DNA from: an uncultured bacterium
GTDB lineage: Bacteria > Patescibacteriota > Minisyncoccia > Phycocordibacterales > UBA9973
Direction of reading: 5' to 3'
DNA: 64,000 nt
NCBI GenBank assembly: GCA_937903035.1
Contig: CALCZP010000004.1
Span: 84,465 to 148,464 of the forward strand
This document shows, in pieces, positions 20,479-30,015 of this stretch. Position 1 is the stretch's first letter. Every line of letters starts with the position of its first letter. The position numbers and the translations under genes were made by a program. The notes below the pieces were generated by a model, which was given only the letters and a program-made list of their open reading frames with translations, was not told where the DNA came from and ran no database searches.

Positions 20479-21100
20479 ACTTGATGATCATACCCGTCAA
20501 AAGCGAAATCGCAAGGAGTACACCAAATAACACTCCAATTCTTGAGAGAAGACTGTGCTCAGAGCCACTATAAACATCACCGGTTGCCCACCCAATAGCT
20601 CCCAGATACAGTGCTCGTATAAAAATACCAATGAATGTTGAGACGATGTATTGCTTGGGTGGAATACGGAGCAATCCCGCTACAGCAGTAATGATCGTGT
20701 TTGGTAAGAGAGGGATAAATCGGAGCATAGTGATGAAATAGATCGTGGAAGAACGATGTACCATATCAACACGAGCTGCTTCGATTTTGCGCTCTGAAAG
20801 AAGAAAGTATTTGCCAAAGCGATGCAGTGCTGGACGTCCACCGTAGTATGCGAGGAAATAAATTACTAGTGAACCAATGGCGACACCAAGCGCTGATGGA
20901 ACCGCAACCCAAAATATGAGCTTAACTACTCCTTCCCATCCAAACGGTAGTTCAGAAAGGAGGAAAAATCCTGCACCCGCTTGTACTAGTACTGACGGTA
21001 TGACTACAATGATTTCTTCAATGATTGATCCCAGAAAAACACCAAGTATACCCCAAGCTATGATCGCATGTTCAATCCAAATGGTGAGTGCACTGAGCAT
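20450..21100 (-). CDS. DedA/VTT (SNARE-associated) family membrane protein
   Basis: IEE...IPS, GSLVIYFLAYYGG, RFIPLLP, AGLLRIP. Confidence 0.85.
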   Translation of the reverse strand: MLSALTIWIEHAIIAWGILGVFLGSIIEEIIVVIPSVLVQAGAGFFLLSELPFGWEGVVKLIFWVAVPSALGVAIGSLVIYFLAYYGGRPALHRFGKYFLLSERKIEAARVDMVHRSSTIYFITMLRFIPLLPNTIITAVAGLLRIPPKQYIVSTFIGIFIRALYLGAIGWATGDVYSGSEHSLLSRIGVLFGVLLAISLLTGMIIKYGRRSKKIR

Positions 21101-21895
21101 TTAGTAACCACCTTTCTTGAGCCATTTACATGCATCCTCGTCACCTTTTTCACAACGTTCACGCATCATTTTGATCTGATCATCACCAGTGAACCCTTTA
21201 GATTCTTGCCATTCCTTACATTTATCTTCATCTTCGTATGGACACTTTTCGCTCGATGAATCACTTGAGACTGCAAATCCTACCCCAAAGCCAAACTGTG
21301 ATGGTCTGGTATCAAGTTTATTCGCATAGATTTGATATGACCCTGTGTCAGCACCTTCTGTAAGACCGCCTGGAGCAACATACACATACCCATAGCCATT
21401 TTTACCATCTGATTTCTTGTCTCGCGCAAGTGTTGCAATATATGGTTTGAGCTGTTGACTGAGTTTATCCCAGTTACCACCAGACAGTACTTCAACTTCA
21501 GTGATACCATCCTCTTCTTTTCGAGGATCTTCACTTACTACTTCATCCTGGAGTTTTTTCTGTGCGTATGCAGTCAACGGGATAAGTGACGCTAATCGCT
21601 TGTTCAAAAATGAGGTACCTACTTTCTTGTCTGATTGATAATCATACGCAACACAATCAGGATTACCGGCGTTTGGTTCAAGACATGCATCATTACCAAG
21701 ATCAGGTGCATGCCCATGATCATTTACATACAACTCAAGAGCGCTATGCATCTGCTGCACTGCCTGCATACGACTTGCATCATCACTTTTCTGACGGGCA
21801 CTATTGAGTGAAGCTACAACAACAGCGGCCAAAATACCGATAATAGCGATCACGACCAAAAGTTCAATAAGGGTGAAACCACGGTTTTTATTCAT
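21101..21895 (-). CDS. type IV pilin / T2SS pseudopilin-like protein A
   Basis: Class III signal NRG|FTLIELLVVIAIIGILA; SLNSARQKS. Confidence 0.9.
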   Translation of the reverse strand: MNKNRGFTLIELLVVIAIIGILAAVVVASLNSARQKSDDASRMQAVQQMHSALELYVNDHGHAPDLGNDACLEPNAGNPDCVAYDYQSDKKVGTSFLNKRLASLIPLTAYAQKKLQDEVVSEDPRKEEDGITEVEVLSGGNWDKLSQQLKPYIATLARDKKSDGKNGYGYVYVAPGGLTEGADTGSYQIYANKLDTRPSQFGFGVGFAVSSDSSSEKCPYEDEDKCKEWQESKGFTGDDQIKMMRERCEKGDEDACKWLKKGGY

Positions 21896-21920
21896 ATGCC
21901 TATAGTGTATCAAATCAATA

Positions 21921-22421
21921 CTAATAAGGGTACTTGCGAAGCCCAAGCCGGAATGTCACAAGAGTCGCTATAGGATGAACAATATACGTAAACAGAATCC
22001 CTGCAAGTGCAAGCTGCCAAGAGATGATACCGATACCACCAAGTACAATACCTGTCATTACCATATAGTCCCCGTGGTCAATACCAATGACAAACTGGCC
22101 ATCACCTTTCCCCATTCGTCGTTTTATAAAACTACCCACCAAATGCCCGAGGTACACAAGGAGCGGTATTGCATACAGCATGGCATACGAGGTACAAGAA
22201 ATTGCATATGAACATACTAGTGCGACACCAAGACCTGGGAGTGTGGTTGAATCCCCGAGCAATCGACGACCGTCGCGCAGCAGTATTCCCCCATCAACTG
22301 GCACATCATAACGCGCGAGTGAAGACAAACGTGTCTTGAGCACATAGAGCAAGTTAAAGGCAATATTTGTCCCCCATGTAAATCCTATATAGAGCGCAAA
22401 ATGAAAAAAGGTTAGATTCAT
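21921..22421 (-). CDS. CDP-archaeol synthase (CarS/DUF46)-like membrane cytidylyltransferase
   Basis: PVDGG...DGRRLLGDSTT and SFIKRRMG...IDHGDY match CarS-family motifs (PIDxG..DGRR.LGDGKT; SFIKRR.G..DQ.D). Confidence 0.75.
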   Translation of the reverse strand: MNLTFFHFALYIGFTWGTNIAFNLLYVLKTRLSSLARYDVPVDGGILLRDGRRLLGDSTTLPGLGVALVCSYAISCTSYAMLYAIPLLVYLGHLVGSFIKRRMGKGDGQFVIGIDHGDYMVMTGIVLGGIGIISWQLALAGILFTYIVHPIATLVTFRLGLRKYPY

Positions 22422-23716
22422 GGAAGAGTAATTTCAAGTGCAAAATGGTCTATACCACTGTTTCGGATTGCATCACCGATGACATTAATCGTCTGTGGTA
22501 AACAAGCATCAAGCACAACTATCACATCAGTGTGCCAGACACCATTCATCTGAACACTTTCTTGTATCTCGATACGATATCCTACTTCATCCACAACCTG
22601 GGCCTTAACTAGATCAGCAGTGATAAGTGTCCCTCGTATCACTAATGGCACTGCCTCAGGGAGACAGGTCTTCCATGGAACTTGCACGGGATGGTAAGTT
22701 GGATTAACACCTTTCGTAAGTGTTGCGAGTGTAGTGTTCGTACCAGCACGTTCAAGTACGACTTGTTTTTGTATTTTGTCATATCTGTAATAAGCTTCAC
22801 CTTGGGAGATCGGCGTATGAACATATGAGACAAGATCTCGGTCACTAGCTGATACGGTCCACCAGGCCGCAAGAAAAAGAATTGCAACTGCTGTACCCAT
22901 TCGACGATCCAGGTTACGTTCACTGAGGATAAACAGCATTAGGTAGAGTGACACAAGTGCAGCAATGCCAATATATCGGTTACCAGCACCTGTAGTATGC
23001 ATAGTAAAAAATAACCCAACCCCAAAGAAAGTAAGTACTATTGCCAATATAGTGGGATACCAACGAGTAGAAAGGCTATGCTTAAGTCGAGCACCGTAAC
23101 ATACTATCACACATACCGCTATTGCAACTGATGGTACAAACAGACCACCATCAATCGAAGATTTCACGAGTGAAAAAATAGCCACTGCATACAAAAGTGT
23201 ATGTGCAACAATCTGACGTCGTGTATATCCTGAAAGCAGCGGTCGAACACTAATAGCAAATTGATAAACGCTTTGAAATAGTACCCATACCAAAAGTACT
23301 CCACCTAGTACTGCGATAGAGGGTGGTACGAAATCAATATATGCAATTCCAGCATCAGTATTTACCACCGAGAGATGGAGCAGTTGCAAGAGTTTTCCAA
23401 TAAAAACTTTTGCAAGATGGATATGTGAAATCGTCGAACTCGACAATGCATCGCCTGAGAATGTAATAACAAATGCATCATGAGGAAGTCCAAGTGTTTG
23501 AATATACCAAATATGTAATAAAAGTCCGAGTAGGAATATGGCTCCAAGTGGGATATAAAACCATTTCCAAGACAGGCGAGTATTATTTTTTCGCGAAGGA
23601 ATAAGTAATGTGACAAAAAGTGCCACAACAAATAAAGCAAAAAGAATTGCCTTACTCGTACTCCTTCCCCCTGCAAAAAGATTTACGAATGAATGCAAAA
23701 TGAAAAACATGAGCAA
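22418..23716 (-). CDS. hypothetical polytopic membrane protein with C-terminal soluble domain
   Basis: 432 aa, about 9 hydrophobic segments; stop overlaps the next start (4 bp). Confidence 0.75.
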   Translation of the reverse strand: MLMFFILHSFVNLFAGGRSTSKAILFALFVVALFVTLLIPSRKNNTRLSWKWFYIPLGAIFLLGLLLHIWYIQTLGLPHDAFVITFSGDALSSSTISHIHLAKVFIGKLLQLLHLSVVNTDAGIAYIDFVPPSIAVLGGVLLVWVLFQSVYQFAISVRPLLSGYTRRQIVAHTLLYAVAIFSLVKSSIDGGLFVPSVAIAVCVIVCYGARLKHSLSTRWYPTILAIVLTFFGVGLFFTMHTTGAGNRYIGIAALVSLYLMLFILSERNLDRRMGTAVAILFLAAWWTVSASDRDLVSYVHTPISQGEAYYRYDKIQKQVVLERAGTNTTLATLTKGVNPTYHPVQVPWKTCLPEAVPLVIRGTLITADLVKAQVVDEVGYRIEIQESVQMNGVWHTDVIVVLDACLPQTINVIGDAIRNSGIDHFALEITLP

Positions 23717-23727
23717 ACGAAGTTGGA

Positions 23728-24378
23728 TTATTTTGATCCACCATCAAGACCGTAGCCGAACATACCATCCTTAGATTCAAATTTCTTTGCGTAGAGACGA
23801 TAACTTGAAGAAGTACCGGACGACTGTGCTCCTGGCGCTTCATAGATATAGCCATATTCACTACCATTTGCAGACTTTGCATCACGTGCAACGGCTGCGA
23901 TATACGGTTTGAGCTGCTGTCCAAAACGATCCCATTTACCCCCAGAGAGCGTGACCAGTTCAACCGGAGTATCACTATCTTCATTTACAGGAGTGAGCTG
24001 ACCAAAATCACCACCCTTTGTTTCCTCTCCTGCCATGGCAGGACCTCGCTGTGCATGCGCAGTCAGTGGTGTAAAGAGTGCGAGCGAAGAACGCTCTTGT
24101 GAGGTCAATGCGAGAACTGAGTCATAGTCATAGGCGATACAATCAGTATTTCCACTTGGTTCAAGACAACCATTGATACCTAAATCAGGAGCAACACCAT
24201 GATCATTGGTATACATCTCTAGGGCGGTATGAATCTGCTGAATCTCTTGCATGCGTTTGGCATCACGACTCTTTGCACGCGCACTGTTGAGGGACGCAAT
24301 GACGACACTTGAAAGGATACCGATAATAGCGATCACGACCAAAAGTTCGATAAGGGTGAAACCCTGTTGTTTTTTCAT
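23728..24378 (-). CDS. type IV pilin / pseudopilin-like protein B, paralog of 21101-21895
   Basis: QQG|FTLIELLVVIAIIGILS; shared APDLG..CLEP..DC.AYDY and W....QQLKPYIA blocks. Confidence 0.9.
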   Translation of the reverse strand: MKKQQGFTLIELLVVIAIIGILSSVVIASLNSARAKSRDAKRMQEIQQIHTALEMYTNDHGVAPDLGINGCLEPSGNTDCIAYDYDSVLALTSQERSSLALFTPLTAHAQRGPAMAGEETKGGDFGQLTPVNEDSDTPVELVTLSGGKWDRFGQQLKPYIAAVARDAKSANGSEYGYIYEAPGAQSSGTSSSYRLYAKKFESKDGMFGYGLDGGSK

Positions 24379-24395
24379 ATGTTTCAAGTATAGCA

Positions 24396-24447
24396 GTCAA
24401 AAACACAAAATCCACCCTGGTTATAGGGTGGATTTTGTGTTTTTGAC
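24396..24447 (-). terminator. intrinsic terminator, 23-bp stem
   Basis: gtcaaaaacacaaaatccaccct-ggttat-agggtggattttgtgtttttgac. Confidence 0.75.
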
Positions 24448-24454
24448 GAACGTA

Positions 24455-24607
24455 TTATTTGATTGGATTTTCTCCACGAATCAAACGAATAAGGATCATA
24501 ATGATCGCAACAACCAACAAGACGTGGATGAAGCTTCCAATAGTATATACCCCAACAACACCAAGAAGCCAAAGCACAAGAAGAATAACTGCGATAGTAG
24601 TAAGCAT
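24455..24607 (-). CDS. lmo0937-family small membrane protein (50 aa)
   Basis: Not in the ORF track. Manual translation MLTTIAVILLVLWLLGVVGVYTIGSFIHVLLVVAIIMILIRLIRGENPIK. Confidence 0.8.
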   Translation of the reverse strand: MLTTIAVILLVLWLLGVVGVYTIGSFIHVLLVVAIIMILIRLIRGENPIK

Positions 24608-24634
24608 AAGATAAAAAGACTTATTGAATAATAA

Positions 24635-25282
24635 TTACTCGAGTGACAATGTATCCATTACAGCACCAAGTGTACGGTTCACGAGCCCACTATCGAACAC
24701 TTTGATTCCCTGATCAGGATCATAGTTTTCAATGTTGGTTGAGTGAACGATCTGCTCAACTGCAATACATGTCCCATTTTTGATCGCACGATAGCTGATT
24801 GTTTCGTAGTAATTGCCCGCACCAGCATCCCCAAGCATAAACCCAGTGAAGCCTTGTGGCGGTATCGGGAGTGGCGACTCGCCGTTTTGTGCCACCAAGC
24901 AATTGTTCACTGCAGTCTTGTCAGTACTTACACCGACAGTAATAATTGCATTTGAAAAATTGGTTGATGGCTGAAATGTGCGTGGAAGCAGTAGTGTGAA
25001 GAGCCGGACACCAGACTGGGACGAATTATTGCGCCACTGATCACCTTCTTTTACTTGCTGCACAACAAACTCACTGCCATAAGTAAAACTCACGCCATAC
25101 ATATCATCATGGTATGTATGAGAAGTTTCAGATAGAACAGGAGTCTCAACAATAGGTGCTTGCACTTCTTGCTTGATACGCGCTGTTTTTGATAGCGGAG
25201 CAACTACTGCGAGCAAACCACCGACAATAACAATCACTGCGATACTGAGTGCTCTATTCATTTGTTTTGTATGATGTTCCAT
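24635..25282 (-). CDS. hypothetical exported protein
   Basis: N-terminal TM; DAGAGNYY motif; two cysteines. Confidence 0.7.
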   Translation of the reverse strand: MEHHTKQMNRALSIAVIVIVGGLLAVVAPLSKTARIKQEVQAPIVETPVLSETSHTYHDDMYGVSFTYGSEFVVQQVKEGDQWRNNSSQSGVRLFTLLLPRTFQPSTNFSNAIITVGVSTDKTAVNNCLVAQNGESPLPIPPQGFTGFMLGDAGAGNYYETISYRAIKNGTCIAVEQIVHSTNIENYDPDQGIKVFDSGLVNRTLGAVMDTLSLE

Positions 25283-25345
25283 GGAACAAGTAACGCTTTG
25301 TACTAAGCGCTCTCTATAGTGACGACCGAGCGGCCGAAACCTTTC

Positions 25346-25765
25346 TTATTTCTTTTTCGTAGGAGCTTTTTTAGTAGTAACCTTTGACGCTGCTTTAGTG
25401 ACTACCTTTTTAACCGTCTTTTTTGCACCCTTTTTGGCATCACCCATGATTCCCTTCCAATGCTTTTTGAGGGTTGCCGCAAATGCGACAACCTCATCTG
25501 CACTGATTTTGCCAGACTTCTGATATGCAGCAGATACCTTATCAACAATCATATTGTATGCAGACTCAGTCATATCCTGAGCATCCTCCATTTTTTCAAC
25601 GATTTCACCTTTCATTTTTACCATCCACCCCTTGAGCTTAGTACGGTTTTTCTTTCCTTCGGGACCGAAGAAATAGTATGAGATCGCTGCGGCAGCAGCA
25701 ACACTGGCACCAATGGCAACAACAGTACCGGTAGACACCCCTTTCTTTGATGATTCTTTTTTCAT
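25346..25765 (-). CDS. hypothetical membrane-anchored Lys-rich protein (YtxH-like)
   Basis: Ala-rich TM, YYFFGPEGKKNR, basic tail. Confidence 0.65.
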   Translation of the reverse strand: MKKESSKKGVSTGTVVAIGASVAAAAAISYYFFGPEGKKNRTKLKGWMVKMKGEIVEKMEDAQDMTESAYNMIVDKVSAAYQKSGKISADEVVAFAATLKKHWKGIMGDAKKGAKKTVKKVVTKAASKVTTKKAPTKKK

Positions 25766-25814
25766 ATATGTATATTTCGTCTAACTGATAAACTGTACTC
25801 TTTATCTAAGTATA

Positions 25815-26054
25815 CTACTTTTTAGCTTTTCCGAAGAGAAAACGGAATGCACGACTATGACGCAAGTCGTGGATTAGATCCTTGGTATCACTACTGATTG
25901 CAGCGACATCTTTTTCAAGGATGGTGGTAATGCGAAGCACGCTTCGAAACAGACGTATCACATAGACAATTGCGATAGCAATAAGACCCCACAACAGCAC
26001 AAATCCAATCGTAGCAATAAAGAAGAACAGGTCTGCATGTATGAGTGTTTCCAT
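25815..26054 (-). CDS. small hypothetical membrane protein
   Basis: One long TM followed by a coiled segment; co-oriented with the ECF sigma gene. Confidence 0.65.
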   Translation of the reverse strand: METLIHADLFFFIATIGFVLLWGLIAIAIVYVIRLFRSVLRITTILEKDVAAISSDTKDLIHDLRHSRAFRFLFGKAKK

Positions 26055-26060
26055 ATATAG

Positions 26061-26627
26061 CTAGTATACACGCTTTTTACCTATCGTACCCGGATCAATC
26101 AGTCGGAGCGCTCTGCGATACCTGCTCTTAATCGTATTAATAGAAAACCCTGTTTTAGCACTGATCTCCTCAAATGTCAGCTGTTGCTCCAGCCGAAAAT
26201 AGAGCACTTCTTTATATATGGGTGATAGTTTATCAATTGACTGCCTGAGGTGACCTATGCGCTCTGTAGTAATGAATTGTTCATCTGGAAGCGGTGCCGG
26301 ATCAGCTATGGTATCAATAAGTACATTTCCTGTTGAGCTATCAAAGTCTGATATAGTAGGAATTTTCTTTTTGCGCAGATGATCAAGTGCGGTGTGGTGC
26401 GCGATTTTGTATATCCACGGCTTCAGTGATATATGCCCACCAACACGCCCGATACTTCGCCATACCTTAATAAGTGTTTCTTGTACGATGTCATGAAGCT
26501 CGATTGAGCCTCGAGCAAACCTCCGACAAAAATAGTACAAGGGCTTGGTATAGCGTTTAACAAGCGTTTCAAACGCCTCCTCATCACCAGACCGGTACGC
26601 CACAACAAGTTGCTCATCGGTTTCCAT
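26061..26627 (-). CDS. ECF-type RNA polymerase sigma factor
   Basis: DEQLV..YRSGDEEAFETLVKRY, DIVQET, WIYKIAHH..LDHLRK, TIKSRYRRA. Confidence 0.9.
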   Translation of the reverse strand: METDEQLVVAYRSGDEEAFETLVKRYTKPLYYFCRRFARGSIELHDIVQETLIKVWRSIGRVGGHISLKPWIYKIAHHTALDHLRKKKIPTISDFDSSTGNVLIDTIADPAPLPDEQFITTERIGHLRQSIDKLSPIYKEVLYFRLEQQLTFEEISAKTGFSINTIKSRYRRALRLIDPGTIGKKRVY

Positions 26628-26664
26628 ATACACAGTATACGCGAGAAAGATCTAGTGTACTGCT

Positions 26665-27366
26665 TTATTGCATAATGCGATGTGCAATAATGACTGCGTC
26701 GATCGCAAGGGTGTCATCAACACTTGCGATGAATGGCAAGTTTGGAACAGCGAGACTAAAATCACTGCGCTTGATCATGCCATGTGCAGTACCGCGCACT
26801 GTGTCGTCAGTGATGGTCGCATCAACAGCGAGTGCAACTGGTTTGGTTACTCCTGCGATAGTCATGTCCCCGTTTACGGTAAATGTTGCCTTGCCATTTG
26901 TTCCTTCTTTGAAGTTTGAAATACCTGTTGAAGCAAACGTGATGAATTCATTACCTGCTGTTTCTGATTTGAGGATAAATCGCGCAATTGCACCGTCGCG
27001 CTTTGCGTCATCTGTTTTAAAGGTCTTAGCATTGACCTTGATCTCTCCAAATGAATAGCTTGGCGCAGCCTTGGCATTATCAGGATCAGTCTTTACCAAA
27101 ATATCACCCCCGACTTCTGACGTCGTACCAACAGCAGTGAATGGCTTGTCGCGGAGTATTTCCTTGATACTAAATGATACCTTTGATTCATCTTGTGAAA
27201 TACGGTAAATATGCGTGTTTGGATCAGCGATCGTACCTGCTGGCATTTTCTGAGAGACAGTTGCAATGCCCTCAGTTGGCACTGTTGCAGGACGAGTTGC
27301 ATAGAGGAATCCTGCCGTACAAAGAATAACGATTATCCCGATAATAGTAATAGTTTTTTGACTCAT
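26665..27366 (-). CDS. YceI family (polyisoprenoid-binding) protein
   Basis: SKVSFSI, KTDDAKRD, GDMTIAGVTKPV, IKRSDF. Confidence 0.85.
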   Translation of the reverse strand: MSQKTITIIGIIVILCTAGFLYATRPATVPTEGIATVSQKMPAGTIADPNTHIYRISQDESKVSFSIKEILRDKPFTAVGTTSEVGGDILVKTDPDNAKAAPSYSFGEIKVNAKTFKTDDAKRDGAIARFILKSETAGNEFITFASTGISNFKEGTNGKATFTVNGDMTIAGVTKPVALAVDATITDDTVRGTAHGMIKRSDFSLAVPNLPFIASVDDTLAIDAVIIAHRIMQ

Positions 27367-27420
27367 GGTAGTGAAATATTATGCTTGTAATGCGATACTG
27401 CTCAGTATACTATATCGACT

Positions 27421-28053
27421 ATGAAGAAACTTATCTTTTTTGATTTGGATGGCACCCTTATTCCTGGTAACAGCTGGTATCAGTTCAACCTGTATTTCGG
27501 CATGTCTGAGACCGAGGACAAGGTACTTCTGGATTGGTATACACGAGGACTCATCACCTATGATGAATGGGACAATTTGATCGTAAAGATATTGGGTGAA
27601 AAAAATCAAATCACCAAAGACAAAGTGAGTGAATTTGTACAAACCATTGAACCCCGTACTGACGCCAAAGATGTCATCACGAAATGCAAAGAACTCGGAT
27701 ACACGACGATCATTCTCTCAGGTACGATGGAACAGATTGCCGAAAGTGTCCGCGAGCGACTTGAGGCAGATCATTCATACACGACCTCAACAATTGTCTT
27801 TCACGAAGACGGCACATTTAAAGATATTGCAAACGACAAGGACGAAGCTCCTGCAAAGCTCCGTATCTTTGAACGTATTTGTACTGAACATGGCGTGACA
27901 CCAGAAGATACGATATGTATTGGCGATAGTGGCAACGACATCGCAATGTTTCAGAAAAGTAAAAAAGCTGTTCTCATCGGCAATTATGAAAAACTCAAAC
28001 CATTTGCCTGGAACCAAATCACCGAACTTTCTGAGATAATCCCGCTTCTATAA
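27421..28053 (+). CDS. HAD-superfamily phosphatase (SerB-like)
   Basis: FFDLDGTL, ILSG, K motif, IGDSGND. Confidence 0.88.
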   Translation: MKKLIFFDLDGTLIPGNSWYQFNLYFGMSETEDKVLLDWYTRGLITYDEWDNLIVKILGEKNQITKDKVSEFVQTIEPRTDAKDVITKCKELGYTTIILSGTMEQIAESVRERLEADHSYTTSTIVFHEDGTFKDIANDKDEAPAKLRIFERICTEHGVTPEDTICIGDSGNDIAMFQKSKKAVLIGNYEKLKPFAWNQITELSEIIPLL

Positions 28054-28279
28054 TTTCTGCTTTTTCTTCCCTTTTCAGACGCTTAAGTTCTGCTTCACGA
28101 GCGCGGGCTTCGGCAAGCGTTGCGACTTCTTCATGATACTTGAGCACGACAGGACGACGAATTTTGGTGTAATGGGCACCTGACTTTGCATGATTGTGCT
28201 GATGCACGCGACGCTCAAGATTATTGGTGGAGCCGACGTAATAGGTCTTGTCAGCACACTCTAGAATATAGACAAACAT
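28019..28279 (-). CDS. GIY-YIG nuclease family protein (YhbQ/UPF0213-like)
   Basis: VYILEC...YYVGSTNNLERRVHQHN..GAHYTK.RRP. Confidence 0.88.
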   Translation of the reverse strand: MFVYILECADKTYYVGSTNNLERRVHQHNHAKSGAHYTKIRRPVVLKYHEEVATLAEARAREAELKRLKREEKAEIIEAGLSQKVR

Positions 28280-28352
28280 GAATAGTGCGAGTGTACACTT
28301 TATTATGTATTGAAACAAACCGTTTCAAATATTTTTTAATGTTCCGGGCAAA

Positions 28353-28655
28353 TTATTCAGTAGCAAATGGTACATCTCCACACTTACTAGTGTGTTTCCA
28401 CAAAGTACTGTATATCGCATCGATTCCAGGCTCTTTTACTGTGAACTCTCTTCCATCAATAAGTTTGATGGATACATCTAAGCTATGCGCTTGTGCTCCA
28501 GAAGCAATTTCACAATTTTCTGCAAACCGCTCTACATCCTGCCATGTGTAATTATTACTTTTGATTAAAGACCTGCTTTCCTGGTATTGAATAATATTTA
28601 AAAAGATTGAGCCAGTAAGTAAAAGGAGGGGTATTATTAAGATTTTTTTATTCAT
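28353..28655 (-). CDS. hypothetical exported protein
   Basis: N-terminal TM, AT-rich, ends in FATE. Confidence 0.6.
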   Translation of the reverse strand: MNKKILIIPLLLLTGSIFLNIIQYQESRSLIKSNNYTWQDVERFAENCEIASGAQAHSLDVSIKLIDGREFTVKEPGIDAIYSTLWKHTSKCGDVPFATE

Positions 28656-28709
28656 ATTTTTATTTTATCATTATTAATTTAATTCTAACATTCGTAAGAT
28701 GCTAGAGAC

Positions 28710-29966
28710 CTAAACATTTGAACCTGCGACGTAGCCGGTTGTCCAACAAAGCTGGAGTGAGTAGCCACCTGATGGTCGGTTTACATGGAGCAAGTCTCCG
28801 GTGACATAGAGATTGCCGATTTTCTTAGATTGCATGGTGCGTGTATCAATCTCGGTGAGTGGTACACCACCATCAGCAACGACTGCTCGGTCGTACCCCA
28901 TGAGTCCGATAATATTTATTGGGAGTGCCTTGAGTGTATCAACGAGGATTTTGCGCTCGCCTTTGGTGACGCTGTGTACCTTGCCATCAAAATTAATCTC
29001 TCGATCAAGGAGAAGCTTGATACCTGGCGCCATACCTTCAGGTACGACTTCACGCAAAATGTTTTTGAGTAATTTGTTTTTGTTCGCATCAAAGACACTG
29101 ATGATCCGTGACTCAAGTGCGCCACTATCAGTATCAGGGTACGCATCAATGCGCGCAGTGACTTGGCCGCTTTCGAGCAGTCCGCCAACTTCACCAGCAG
29201 CGTTCAGTATGAGCGGTCCCGACAGACCAAAATGGGTAAAGAGCACCTTGCCGACTTTAGTGATCTTTTTCTTGCCATCAAGGTAGATATTAATACGCAT
29301 GAACGAAAGCGAAATACCTGACAGTATATGTATCCATGTGTCAGACACCGCAAGTGGCACAATAGTTGGTGTTGGGTCTTTGACCGTATGCCCGAGATCT
29401 CGAAGCCACCCAAAGCCATCTCCTGTTGATCCTGTTTCAGGATGCGACACGCCACCAGTCGCAAGAATAATATTATCAGCAGTAAATGTGCCCGCTGTAG
29501 TGATCACCTCAGTGATGCGACCAGCCTTGGTATTCATCTGCTTGACCATCGTTCCTGTCTGAAGCACAACCTTTCCATCCTGCATATGACGACGCAGTAC
29601 CTCAACTACATCTGATGCTTTTTCGGTATGTGGAAATGCACGATTGCGTGCTTGTACGACAAGTGGCAAATTAAGAGATTCAAAATACGTGAACGTATCC
29701 TTGACCCCAAATTGTGAAAACGGTGAATGCAAAAAGTCAGCAGCACTTCCGTAGTGCGACAAGAGCTTGCGCATGTCGTACTCAGCGTTCGTGATATTGC
29801 AGCGCCCTCCGCCACTGATGGAGAGTTTTGCACCGAGCTTTTTATTTTTCTCGATGAGCAAAACTTTCTTGCCGCGATGTGCTGCAGTCGCAGCTGCCAT
29901 CATCCCCGATGCACCACCACCGATCACGATGACATCATATGAAGTTGTGGATGGTTTGGTCGACAT
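28710..29966 (-). CDS. HI0933/YhiN-family flavoprotein oxidoreductase
   Basis: GGGASG, KLSISGGGRCNITN, ATGG.S.P.TGSTGDG, LFTHFGLSGP, GGYSLQ. Confidence 0.92.
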   Translation of the reverse strand: MSTKPSTTSYDVIVIGGGASGMMAAATAAHRGKKVLLIEKNKKLGAKLSISGGGRCNITNAEYDMRKLLSHYGSAADFLHSPFSQFGVKDTFTYFESLNLPLVVQARNRAFPHTEKASDVVEVLRRHMQDGKVVLQTGTMVKQMNTKAGRITEVITTAGTFTADNIILATGGVSHPETGSTGDGFGWLRDLGHTVKDPTPTIVPLAVSDTWIHILSGISLSFMRINIYLDGKKKITKVGKVLFTHFGLSGPLILNAAGEVGGLLESGQVTARIDAYPDTDSGALESRIISVFDANKNKLLKNILREVVPEGMAPGIKLLLDREINFDGKVHSVTKGERKILVDTLKALPINIIGLMGYDRAVVADGGVPLTEIDTRTMQSKKIGNLYVTGDLLHVNRPSGGYSLQLCWTTGYVAGSNV

Positions 29967-29977
29967 GGTGAGGATTG

Positions 29978-30005
29978 CAAAAAGTCCACGATCGTGGACT
30001 TTTTG
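29978..30005 (-). terminator. palindromic terminator
   Basis: caaaaagtccacga|tcgtggactttttg. Confidence 0.7.
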
Positions 30006-30015
30006 TTTTTTGAAA

